Origin: Lama guanicoe
Taxonomy: Eukaryota
Direction: 5' to 3'
NCBI GenBank assembly: GCA_013239625.1
Contig: MU056050.1
Span: 5,403,366-5,467,365 of the forward strand
DNA: 64,000 bases
The position numbers and the translations under genes were made by a program. Positions 52,601 to 64,000 of this stretch are shown here, piece by piece. The number at the start of each line of letters is the position of its first letter. Within the stretch, counting starts at the first letter, position 1. The notes under the pieces are model-generated. The model saw only the letters and a list, made by a program, of their open reading frames with translations, did not search any database and was not told the DNA's origin.

Positions 52601-53420
52601 ACTCCTAAGGACCCACCTCCAACATTCTTTTTCATTTGTAGACTTATAACTAGACTCAAGTCCAAGTAGACTAAAGGTGAGATATAACGTGCAACCCCTG
52701 AGGAAGTACCCTACACTCCAAAAGAAGTACTTGATTTTTGCAGTATCTACAGACAGAAATTTGGGGATAGATACTCACAGTGTGAGATTACAGAGAAAGG
52801 AACATAAAGTTGGATCAGGCTAAATGTACTGATATAAGCTCACTAAGAACCCTGAACAAATATACTATGGAACACAACTCAACAAAAAAGGGGCAGGAAC
52901 TATTGATGCATATGACACCTTACATGAATATCCAGGATATTGTTCTGAGAGAAATAAGACCAATCTAAAATTTTTGCATACTATTTAATTCTATTTATTA
53001 AACATACTTGAAATGACAAAATTATAGAAATGGAGTAGTGGTTGACAGTGGTTACAGAGAGAGGATGTTTGGGTGTGGGGGAAAGGTCTTAAAAGTGCAA
53101 TAGTATGGAAAAGTATGGTTACATAACTTTTCTCTATCCTGACTCTCAATACAAAAGCCTTGACATGAGAAAATTTCACAGAATTAAATATACAAACATA
53201 TACAAAATTATTCAAATAATAACGAGGAAATCTAAAGAAATTTAAAGAAATCAATGTCAATATCCTCGTTATACTAGTGTAATACATTTTTGCAAGATGT
53301 TACCAGTGGGATAAGATGGGTAAAGGGTACATGGGATTTTTCTATACTGTATTATAAAACTGCATGTGAATCTATAATTTCTGTTAAATAAATGTTTGAT
53401 TTTTTTAAACAAATGAAAAA
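49693..53420 (+). mobile_element. LINE-1 (L1MD-like), right part: RT to 3'UTR, interrupted by MLT2/ERVL
   Basis: Resumes at 'caaggatgcccttacaccactcttattcaacata' (QGCP motif), where the left part stopped; 3' end and A tail at ~53390-53421. Confidence 0.85.
51353..52864 (+). mobile_element. ERVL provirus remnant: MLT2 5' LTR (51353-51871), leader and gag start, last ~18 bp of the 3' LTR
   Basis: LTR runs tttgatgattaatttgatatgtcaa...ggtgaaccttgattaacaca. Internal start 'gattttagtataaaaggtggttccagaagaacagaa'. Terminal 'gaaccctgaacaaatata'. 5-bp TSD ccatg/ctatg. Confidence 0.9.
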
Positions 53421-53429
53421 AGCACACAC

Positions 53430-54405
53430 TAAAAACATAAGCATGAACCAGAAGAAGCTAAATGGCCACACTTATAAAAATCTGAGCAACAAAATAATTA
53501 TACTATTGAGTTGTAATCTACTGAATAAATTAAGTATCAATGTCTCCACAAATGTAAATACACACATACATACAAGCATGTTCGAGAATAGAGTACTCTT
53601 CCTTACAACATTCAAGTTAACAAATAAGGGAGATTGAAAATCAGTATTAAGTAAACACTACAATCTTAAACCCTGCAGCTATGATCCACTGGTGGGTGCG
53701 AAAATTAGTGGGTACAAATCTGAAGAGAAGCAGAATTTGTAAGTCTCAAATTATCACTCCCATGATACTTATCAACTACCGTGGAAAAGACAGTCATTTT
53801 ACATTGTAGAAACTATATAGACACCAACTTAGTCAAGTGATCAAGGTTAACATCACCAGTAATAAGATGTGTGGACATCATGAACCCCTTGATATGATGC
53901 AATGACAAAGACATAATGTCATTTGTGTGGTATTATTACCGAAAATAAATAACTTCTCTCCAATCATTAGAAAAACCGAAATTGAGAGACATTCTCTAAA
54001 ATAACAGACTGTTCTTTTACAAAAGTGATAAAAGTTGTGAAAGACATGGACAAACTAAAGAACTGCTAACAGGTTGGAGGAGACTAAGGACAAATAACAA
54101 CAGTTGCAACCTGGGAATGGTGTATGATACAAATGAAAAGACTGGGAGGAAATCTGGTGAAATTAGCATGTCTATAGTTGATAGTTAATAATACTGGATT
54201 TAATAATATAGTTAATCATAAGATATAATTAATAACATTAATATGATTAATAATATTGTGATAAGGCCATTTATATGTTCTTAGTAACTACACAAAAATT
54301 GTGTGAGAGGTTAGCATTAGTAGAAGGAGAATGAAGGATACAAGAACACTTCGTACTATTTTTAAACTCTTTTTTATGTATAAAATTAGTTAAAATTAAA
54401 AAATG
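53430..54405 (+). mobile_element. L1MC-type 3'UTR, right part
   Basis: 'caacttagtcaagtgatcaaggttaacatcaccagtaat', 'aaattgagagacattctctaaaataac', A tail at ~54400. Confidence 0.75.
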
Positions 54406-55159
54406 AGCCACCACATTTTTATCAATTTCAATTTTTACTATGGCTCCAAGTGAGTAATCAGTTTTATGGTTTTCCATCAGAATTTTATGCTGAGGGATTG
54501 TAACACTTCTGTCTGCCTTCTACTGATAAATCAAATATTCAAATCCCTTTTTGTGACTCCATTGTCAAAAGCAGTGTTTCCCCTCCATATAGTTCATATT
54601 CTTCAGGGATTGGGATCTAAGCAATCTGAATCAATCAATCAATATATCTCATCCCTTAACTACAGTGGTCAATTCAGGGATGCATGTCTAAGCGAATGTG
54701 GAAGAATAAGGCACACAAAGGGGTTTCTGTAGGCTTCCTGGTCCCATTAACATACAGGATGCTGTGGTTTAAAGAGGTAATATCTAGTACTACTAGAGTC
54801 GTTTTTGATAACAGGAAGAGTACTTGACTGAAAATAAGGTTGACACACTGAGTACAATAGATCCAAGACAATCGCAGAGGATCTGAAAAGGAGCTCTGAT
54901 AATGCCGCAGTGCCTAAGAGTAGATATAGCCCCAAAGCACAGAGCCGTTCATTCATCTGATCTAATGAACTTCCTTTTTTTATGAAAGATAGTTTCAGGT
55001 GGATTTGGTGACTTGTAATATAAAAACTCCTAACCAATGTTCACATTATTCATTATTACTATTCCTTATGAACTCTTCCACAGTGTTAGAATTCTTTTTT
55101 TGCCACAGTGCAACTACAAATTAATTTGACTTGGCATATAAAATGCAACCTTTTTTTTT

Positions 55160-55510
55160 TTATCCCTGACCTTAGTATATGTCAGACATTGTACCAGATG
55201 GTGTGGAGGACACAGAGATGAATGTGAGAGAGTTCCTGCTCTCCAGGAATGGCCAGTGAACCACAGAAGTTAACACATTTACACAAATAATTATCAGGTA
55301 GAAAATTATTCAGTCATAAGAAACTACAAATTTAATGTTATACAATTTCTGAAGACTATAGCATTACTTATATCTCAGTAGATCAGGAAAGAATAAATGG
55401 GAGAGGTGGCATTGGAGCATGACCTTGAGGAGTGAGGGAAATGTAGACATATGGCTACAGAGGAAGGCAGTTAAATAATAGAGAAAAACATCAGCAAAAT
55501 CTTAGAAGCT
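55160..55510 (-). mobile_element. LINE-2 fragment
   Basis: 'tatatgtcagacattgtaccagatggtgtggaggacacagagatgaat...gttcctgctctccagga'. Confidence 0.65.
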
Positions 55511-55744
55511 TCCTTCAACAAGAGTATTTCACCTATTTTTCTTTACATACACACACACATATATAAAATGATTTTGTGTAGGATTTTAAATAAAATGGGT
55601 GTTTCTATGCAATTTTTAAAAAGCAGGCTATCAGGGATGCAATTCAACTTTCATTTTTACATAAAAAAATAAAGGCCTGGAAGTGGAATAGTGACTTAAC
55701 CCACAGTTATTAAGTTAATTGTCAAACTTATCCTAGTATGTGAG

Positions 55745-55975
55745 AAGCAAAGGATAGAGTGAACAATGGCCACGTTTGGTTTTGAATTCTATCAATGTCG
55801 TTGATTAAGTGTTTGTTCTTGAATTATTTCCTAAAATTTTTGAGAGCCTCATTTTTTGTTATCTATCTAAAGGAAATAATAACTATCTCACAGGGTTATT
55901 GAAAGACAGTTAATGGATATATAAACCCCTTAGTGTTTTATCTGGAATATACTGTTTTCACAATAAATTTGACTG
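55745..55975 (+). mobile_element. MIR SINE
   Basis: Core-like 'gagcctcattttttgttatctatctaaaggaaataataactatctcacagggttattgaaaga'. Confidence 0.7.
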
Positions 55976-56538
55976 CATTTCCATAAAAATTCAACTACCT
56001 ATACAATATACTTCTCTGTTTTAAGAGAAGTTGCCCCTATCAGGATCTTTCCTGTAATATCTGCTCTGACTTGTACAATATACTGTTTTAAAACAGCCAA
56101 ATTTGCAAGCCTGAAAGCAGCTAATTGGTCTAGGGAACTGTTCACAAGCAGAATGCATCTGAATATGAGCTGGGCAAAAGGATAGCCAATCATTTCTAAG
56201 CTGGCTTGACATTAACTTTCCCAAAGTGAGTGGTAATAAACCAACCCAATCAAAACACCTCTTGGGAAGTATATGCTAAATGAATAAAAAGAAGGTATAC
56301 TACTCAGCTCAGGTTTCTGTTCCAAGTGATAATGAATAACGTTTTCTCTTTTCTATGAAGACCAGTGCACATCCCAGTGTTAGAAATTTTGGGATCTGTG
56401 TTGACAATGTGGCAAATGAAATTACTTTTTCTATGCCATTCTAATAAATGTCTACCACTAATGGTAATCTGTGATTTTCTTTTCTTGAAACCCAAAGAAC
56501 TACAGCTTGAAACATGTGTTCTCATTAAATAGCACAAA

Positions 56539-56580
56539 TAGTGGCGGTGGTGGTATTAGTAGTAGCAGCAGCAGCAGTAA
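56539..56580. repeat. Compound trinucleotide repeat (TGG/TAG/CAG)
   Basis: tagtggcggtggtggtattagtagtagcagcagcagcagtaa. Confidence 0.7.
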
Positions 56581-56639
56581 AATGTTAGTAGGTAGCTGAA
56601 GCAATGAAGGAGACAGAAGAATCAAAGTAATGTAAAGTA

Positions 56640-56820
56640 CCATTATATACAAATACTCATTATCTCCTGGAACAATACATACACTATCATTAATCTTCAT
56701 AGCCACCCAGTGAGACAAGATTCATTTTTCAGATGAAGAAAGTGAAGCTTAGGTAGTAAACTGTCTTCAAATCATAGAGCTTAGAAGTAGAGAGTCAATT
56801 TCTTTCCGCCACATCATGCA
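56640..56820 (-). mobile_element. MIR SINE
   Basis: 'ttaatcttcatagccacccagtgag...catttttcagatgaagaaagtgaagcttag'. Confidence 0.7.
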
Positions 56821-58604
56821 GCAAAAGACAAGTATTTCTCTACTTTTAGCTTTTGATGAGACTCAACTACACAAAAACTGGTCTTCATACTTGCTTTCAA
56901 CAGTATCATCCTCTTACCTCCAAACTGATGTTTACCCTCATCACTTCATTTCAAAGGCTATCATCCTGCATTAAGCTTCAGATCATTTGTGGTGAATCAA
57001 AGCCTAACAGATTACTCATTGCTAATTAAATAGCCTGATTCTGTCCACTGAAGCTAATGCATTAAAGTATTTAATGTTTGTTTGGTAAACTGCTTTACTA
57101 AATGCTCCTTTGACTTTTATTGGTAATAAACATTAAGCATTAATGGCCTGTGAAAGCAGCTTCCCATCTAGTTTATGCTGTTACTATTTACAGTTTGTTA
57201 ATGAAATAACATTACCTTCCTTCAAATCAAAAGTTGTTTTTGTTCTCCTCTTTAACTTCTATTGTATGGCACGAAGAATAATTCACTAAAATTTGGACAA
57301 GCAATGCTTTTACTAGTAGTTCTTCTATAAAGAAAATGATACTTTGCTAAGCCTAGCACACTCAGGATTCAGTATGAGGCTCCATATCAGACACAGGGCA
57401 AATCCTATTTCTTTAGCTCACATCTTTCTCTAGTGGCATTGTGGTTATCCTTGGGTACCTACAGGTTGCATCACTAATAAAGCCAAAGAATCCTGGATTC
57501 CCAGCTTCTACTGTAATTTGACTCCTTTTAATATGAATTTTTCATTTAGGCTTTCTGATAGTGATGTCTTAAAGTCTGATTAACTTTCTTCAGGTTGAAC
57601 TTCTACAATAGAAAACAATGTGGGAAGAAGCTGGAACATGTAACAGTGTCCTATGTCTCTGAACACTAAATCTGAGTATGAAAGCATGCCCAGTTAAAGG
57701 AAGTACAATTAGTTCCTTAATGAGCAAATTTAATGTAAGTTAAAAAAATAAAATATGATATAGAAAAAAAAACATTTAAGTCCATGTTACTCAATTTTTT
57801 CTCATTCTGATTTCCTGACTCATTTTGATATTTCATCTTCTTTGATCAAAAATGTTGATCCTCTAATTATTGCTGAACATACTAAAAATGAGGGAAGTAT
57901 GCTAAATGACAAAATATCTGATCATTCTCTGAGGTTCACTGTATTTTCAGTCACTCAACAGCCAGCAGCATCTAGGGATACTCTGACTTTTCAACGAAGC
58001 TATGTACAACGTAAACTACAGATGAAAACCAAATGCCTTGCTCTATAACTTGGTTAATTCAACACCTTAGAGTAGACAGACACTTATTTGAAAACCTTGT
58101 TTTATCTGTGTTTACATTATGGATTTCTGATGGATAATTTACTTAACAGAAATATTTTAGTCCAACTTTCCCATATGACCATTAGAATTAACTGCAGGAG
58201 CTACAAACATTGATTGATACTGCAAAATGATAATTGGTATTTAAAATAGAGAAGGGACAATTTATCCTAGGAATATCAACTAGCAGTCTGGGTATTTGCA
58301 AAGTATCTCTGTCTAGCATGTGCAGACAAGTAGTCAAAAAGAAACAAACACACTTAGGTGCAGAAAAAACACAGTTTTCTTTCTGAACACAATTTTCTTT
58401 TGTGAAAAACTTGTCTTTGCTTTGTGTGGGTCTTAAGGAAAAAAAACCCCTAGGCATCTGACATAAATTATAGCTTTAGTGAGTGTTTTCTTCGTTTGCT
58501 GTTATTATTTTAAATACAAGTAAGTAACTAAGAAAACTATTGATTTTCTTTCTTTATGAATTTACTTGGTAAACTGTTTTTAGGTCATCATTTATAGCTT
58601 TTCA

Positions 58605-60280
58605 TCAATGTAAACCACAAGAGATCATCTATTAATCATTAATTTCAATATCAAAGAAATAAATGGCCAATCAAGAGACATACAGTGGCATATGGAGGAA
58701 AAAAAAAAGACCTATCCAAATGATACCTATAAGAGATTCACTTCAGAACTAAAGACACTCACAGGCTTAAAGTGAGGGGATAGTAGAAGATGTTTCATTC
58801 AAAGAGAAATGACAAGAAAGTGGGGGTAGCAATACTCTTATCAGTCAAAATAAACTTTAAAAGAGACTGTAACAAAGGCAAATAAAGGCATTATATAATG
58901 ATAAAGGGATTAAAACAAGAAGATATTACACTTGTGAAAACATATGCATACTAATACAGGTCCATCCAAATATATAAAACAGATATTAACAGACTTAAAG
59001 GGAGAAATTGACAATAATAAAATAATAGTATGGGATTCTAAAACCCCACTTATATCAATGGATAGACCATCCAGAGGAAATAAATTAACCAGCAGTGGTC
59101 TTAAGTGACACAATACACTGGGTGGACTTAATAGATACCCACAAGCTATCCATTCAAAACCAGTAGAACACACATTCTTTTCAAGTGTACATGGATAGTT
59201 CTCCAGTATACACCACATGCTAGGCCACAAAAAAAAGTCTCAACAAATTTAAGAATATAGAAATTACTTCAAGGAGTTTTTCCAACCACAATGGTATGAA
59301 ACTAGAAATCAACTACAAAAAGAAAGATGGGAAAAGAATAATAAATATATAGACTAAAAAACATGCTAATAAAAAAACCCATAGGTCAATAAATAAATCG
59401 AAGAAGAAATCAGAAAATAACTTGAAACAAGTGAAAATTAAAACACTGAATTCCCAAATTTATGGGAAGCAGCAAAAGGCGTTTAAAGAGGGAAGCTGAT
59501 GGTGAGACAGGGCTTCCTGAAGAAACAAGAAAAATTTCAAATAAATGAATCTAAACTCCAATAAAAACGAGTAAGAAAAAAGAAGAACAAACAAAATCCA
59601 AGGACAGCAGAAGTGAGGAAATAAAAACAATCAGAGAGGAAATAAATAGGGACCAAAAAAATAGAAAATATCAACCAAACAAAGAGTTGGTTCTTTGAAA
59701 TGATAAGCAAATGGTAAAGCTTTAGCCATGCTCACCAAGAGTAAAAGAGAGAGGACACAGATTTTTTTTTAAAAAGTAATGAAAGAGGAAAAATAACAAA
59801 TATCAAATAGACACAAAAAATCATGAGCAAATACTATGAACGCTGATACACCAAAGAATTGAACAACCAGGTAGAAATGAACAAATTTTTCAATCATACA
59901 TCCTGACAAGACTGAATCAACATGAAACAGATATTATCCACAATCACTAGTAGTGAAACTGATTGTGTAATTAAAACAAAAACACAAAACAAAAACAACA
60001 AAACTTCAGCATACAGAAATCCAGGACCAGAGAGGTTCAAAGGGGAAGGTATGAACAAATTAAGTTTATACCTATCTTTCTAAAACTATTGCAAAAAAAA
60101 AATGCAAGGGCACAGAACATACCCACCTTGATTCTATGAGGACACCATTACTCTGACATCAAAATCAGACAAAAAACTACAAAAGGAGACTATTATAAGC
60201 CACTAACATTGATGAGTATACATGCAAAAATACTCAACAAAACAGCAAACTGAATCTAACAGTACATAAAAAGGATCATA
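58605..60280 (+). mobile_element. LINE-1 host element, left part (ORF2 EN to pre-RT)
   Basis: EN DNA 'cctataagagattcacttcagaactaaagacac', 'gtgggggtagcaatactc'; stops at 'taaaaaggatcata'. Confidence 0.9.
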
Positions 60281-62357
60281 ATACCAAAACCAGGCAAAGA
60301 CACTACCAAAAAAGATAATTATAGGCCAATATCACTAATGAAAATATATGCCAAAATCCTCACCAAAATATTAGCAAATAGAATCCAACAACACATAAAA
60401 AAGATTATACATCATGACCAAATGGGGTTCATCCCAGGGACACAAGAATGGTTCAACATACACAAATCAATTAATGTAATACATCACATCAACAAGAGAA
60501 AGAACAAAAACCACATGATCATCTCAATAGATGCAGAAAAAGCATTTGATAAAATTCAACACCCATTTATGAGAAAAACTCTTGCCAAAGTGCGTATAGA
60601 AGGGAACATAACAAAATAAAAGCTATATATGACAAACCTACATCCTATTCAACATAGTCTTGGTAGTCCTAGCCACAGCAATCAGGCAAGAGAAAGAAAT
60701 AAAAGGGATCCAAATTGGAAAAGAAGAGATAAAAGCATCACTATATGCCGACGACTTGTTACTATATATAGAAAACCCTAAAAGGTCCACACGAAAACTA
60801 CGAGAGCTGATTGAAGAATTCAGCAAGGTAGCAGGTTACAAGATTAATGTTCAAATATCAGTTGCATTTCTTTACACTAATGATGAATCAACAGAAAAAG
60901 AAAGGAAAGAAACAATCCCCTTTAAAATAGCACCAAAAGTAATAAAATATCTGGGAATAAATCTAACCAAGGAGGTGAAAGAATTATACACAGGAAACTA
61001 TAAACCATTGATGAAGGAAATTAAAGAAGACTTTAAAAAATGGAAAGATATCCCATGCTCTTGGATTGGAAGAATCAATATTGTTAAAATGGTCACACTG
61101 CCCAAGGCAATCTACAGATTTAAGGCAATCCCTATCCAATTACCCAGGACATATTTCACAGAACTAGAACAAATCATAATCAAATTTATATGGAACCATC
61201 AAAGACCTAGAATTGCCAAAGCATTACTGAAGAGAAAGAAAGAGGCTAGAGGAATCACTCTCCCAGACTTCAGACAATACTATAGAGCTACAGTCATCAA
61301 GAGAGCATGGTATTGGTACAAAAACAGACATATAGACCAATGGAACAGAATAGAGAGCCCAGAAATGAACCCACAAACTTTTGGTCAACTCATCTTCGAG
61401 AAAGGAGGCAAGAATATACAATGGAATAAAGACAGTCTCTTCAGCAAATGGTGTTGGGAAAACTGGACAGCAGCATGTAAAGCAATGAAGCTAAAACACT
61501 CCCTTACACCATACACAAAAATCAACTCAAGATGGATCAAAGACTTAAACATAAGACAAGATACAATAAACCTCCTAGAAGAAAATACAGGCAAAACATT
61601 ATCTGACATACAACTCAAAAATGTTCTCCTAGAACAGTCTACTCAAGCAATAGAAATAAAAGCAAGAATAAACAAATGGAACCTAATGAAACTTACAAGC
61701 TTCTGCACCGAAAAGGAAACCATAAGTAAAACAAAAAGACAACCTACAGAATGGGAAAAGATGTTTGCAAATGAAACCGACAAAGGCTTGATCCCCAGAG
61801 TATATAAGCAGTTCATATGACTCAATAAGAAACAACCAAACAACCCAATCCAAAAATGGGCAAAAGACCTAAACAAGCAATTCTCCAAGGAAGACATACA
61901 AATGATCAATAGGCACATGAAAAAATGCTCAATATCACTAATTATCAGAGAAATGCAAATCAAAACTACAATGAGGTATCACCTCACACCAGTCAGAATG
62001 GCCGTCATTCAAAAATCCACAAATGACAAATGCTGGAGAGGCTGTGGAGAAAGGGGAACCCTCCTACACTGCTGGTGGGAATGCAGTTTGGTGCAGCCAC
62101 TGTGGAAAACAGTATGGAGATTCCTCAAAAGACTAGGAAGAGACTTACCATATGACCCAGGAATCCCACTCCTAGGCATATATCCAGAAGGAACCCTACT
62201 TCAGGATGACATCTGCACCCCAATGTTCTTAGCAGCACTGTTTACAATAGCCAAGACATGGAAACAGCCTAAATGTCCATCAATGGATGACTGGATAAAG
62301 AAGAGGTGGTATATTTATACAATGGACTACTACTCAGCCATAAAAACGGCAACATAA
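60281..62357 (+). pseudogene. Disabled L1 ORF2 (reverse transcriptase)
   Basis: YADD at 60744-60755, [21 protein letters not shown] and [18 protein letters not shown] are present. Deletion near 60642 and premature TGA at 61818-61820. Confidence 0.9.
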
Positions 62358-62788
62358 TGCCATTCACAGCAACATGGATGGACCTGGAGATCATCATTCA
62401 AAGTGAAGTAAGCCAGAAAGAAAAAGAAAAATACCATATGACCATGCTCATATGTGGAATCTAAAAAAAAGCAAAAACAAAAACAAACAAACAAAGCATA
62501 AATACAAAACAGAAATAGACTAATAGACATAGAATACAAACTTGTGGTTGCCAAGGAGGTGGAGGGTGGAAAGAGATAGACTGGGATTTCAAAATTGTAG
62601 AATAGATAAACAAAACAAGACTGTATAGCACAGGGAAATATATACAAGATCTTATGGTGGCTCACGGAGAAAAAAATGTGACAATGAATATATATATGTT
62701 CATGTATAACTGAAAAATTGTGCTCTACACTAGAATTTGATACAACATTGTAAAATGATTATAAATCAATAAAAAATGTTTAAAAAAA
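60281..62788 (+). mobile_element. Young 5'-truncated LINE-1 (RT, CCHC domain, 3'UTR, poly(A))
   Basis: Long ORF2 pieces at 60338-60619, 60660-61820 and 61902-62357. TSD aaaaaggatcata (60268-60280) and aaaaaggataata (62784-62796). Confidence 0.95.
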
Positions 62789-62796
62789 GGATAATA

Positions 62797-63717
62797 TACC
62801 ATGGTCAATGGGATTTATTCCACGGACACAAAGATGGTTTAATATTTGGAAACTGATCAATGTGATATACCACATAAACAAAAGGAAGGACAAAATCACA
62901 TAATTATCTCAATAGATGCAGAAAATGCATTTCACAAAATTCAACATCCATTTGTGATTAAAAACTCTCAAAGTTGGTAAATAGGGAACATATCTCAACA
63001 TAATATAGGTCATTTATGACAAAATAATAGCTAACATCTTTTGTACTCCGTTTCTGGGATTGTAAATGCGAGCAACTACTATAAAAACAGTATAGAGATT
63101 CCTCAAGAAACTAAAAATGAAAGTAGCATGTAATTCAGCAATTCCATTTCTGGGTATATATCTGTAAAAACTAAAAACACTAATTCTAAAAGATATATGC
63201 CCCCCAATGTTCACAGAAGCACTACTGGCAATAGCCAAGATATGGAAGAAACCCAAGTGTCCTTTACCAGATGAGTGGATACAGAAGTAGTAGCATATAT
63301 ATAATGAAATATTACTAAGCCATAAAAATGAGATTTTACCATTTGCAGCAATGTGTATAGACCTAGAGAATATTCTTACAGAAATAAGTCAGACAGAAAT
63401 ATAACTATTGTTTGATAAAAAATAACAAATGAATGTATACAGCAAAACAGAAACTGACTCACAGATACGGAAAACAAACTAGTGCTTACCAGTGAGGAGA
63501 GGGAGGGTGAAGGGGAAAGACAAGAGAATGGGATTAAGAATTACAAACTGCTATGTATAAAATAGATAAGCAACAAGTATATATCGGACATCACAGGGTC
63601 ATAGACATTATTTCGTAACAAATTTTAATGGAATATAATCTGCAAAAATACTGAATCATCATGCTGTATATCTAAAATTGATATTGTAAATCAGCTATAC
63701 CTCAATTTTAAAAAAAG
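62797..63717 (+). mobile_element. LINE-1 host element, right part; jumps from RT start to ORF2 end near 63045
   Basis: 'ggatttattccacggacacaaagatggttt..atagatgcagaaaatgcattt', then 'ctataaaaacagtatagagattcc', 3'UTR and A tail at ~63710. Confidence 0.85.
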
Positions 63718-63798
63718 ATATACAAAGCCATGTTTTATAAAAGCAAAATATAACAAAACAAAGTATAATATTTATAAACAAAAAATATACCAAACTGA

Positions 63799-64000
63799 TT
63801 GGTGCAGCCACTATGGAAAACAGTGTGGAGATTCCTCAAAAGACTAGGAATAGACTTACCATATGACCCAGGAATCCCACTCCTGGGCTTGTATCCAGAA
63901 GGAAATCTACTTCAGGATGACACCTGCACTCCAATGTTCATAGCAGTGCTATTTACAATAGCCAAAACATGGAAACAGCCTAAATGTCCATCAACAGGTG
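63799..64000 (+). mobile_element. Young L1 3' fragment running off the window
   Basis: Closely matches 62088-62285 (ttggtgcagccact...gacttaccatatgacccaggaatcccactcct). Confidence 0.92.

Noticed and set aside
55999..56224. Minus-strand coding exon
   Set aside because: Stops before the plausible donor in the frames examined; no recognisable protein.
60660..61820. 386-aa ORF as a functional gene or novel RT system
   Set aside because: Ordinary L1 ORF2 fragment: 5'-truncated, an RT motif deleted, premature stop.

Overview
AT-rich mammalian (most likely camelid) intergenic or intronic DNA, dominated by interspersed repeats. It holds many LINE-1 copies of different ages, mostly on +, plus ERVL pol and gag remnants, MLT2, MLT1 and MER74-like LTRs, a near-complete Tigger1, L2 and MIR relics, and one tRNA-derived SINE resembling camelid Vic-1. 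Repeat-poor islands lie at about 14.5-20.6 kb, 33.3-37.6 kb and 54.4-58.6 kb. I recognise no host protein-coding gene; the only long ORF (60660-61820) is broken L1 ORF2. Best leads: a TSD-flanked L1 made only of 5'UTR plus 3' end, a possible L1 5' transduction, a four-level nest of insertions, a 1.5 kb degenerate (ACTATA)n tract, a repeated AAAAGTTAATGCAA motif in unique DNA, and a few weak exon or enhancer candidates. I found no convincing new biological system. Subfamily names are recalled from consensus sequences, and most boundaries are approximate.
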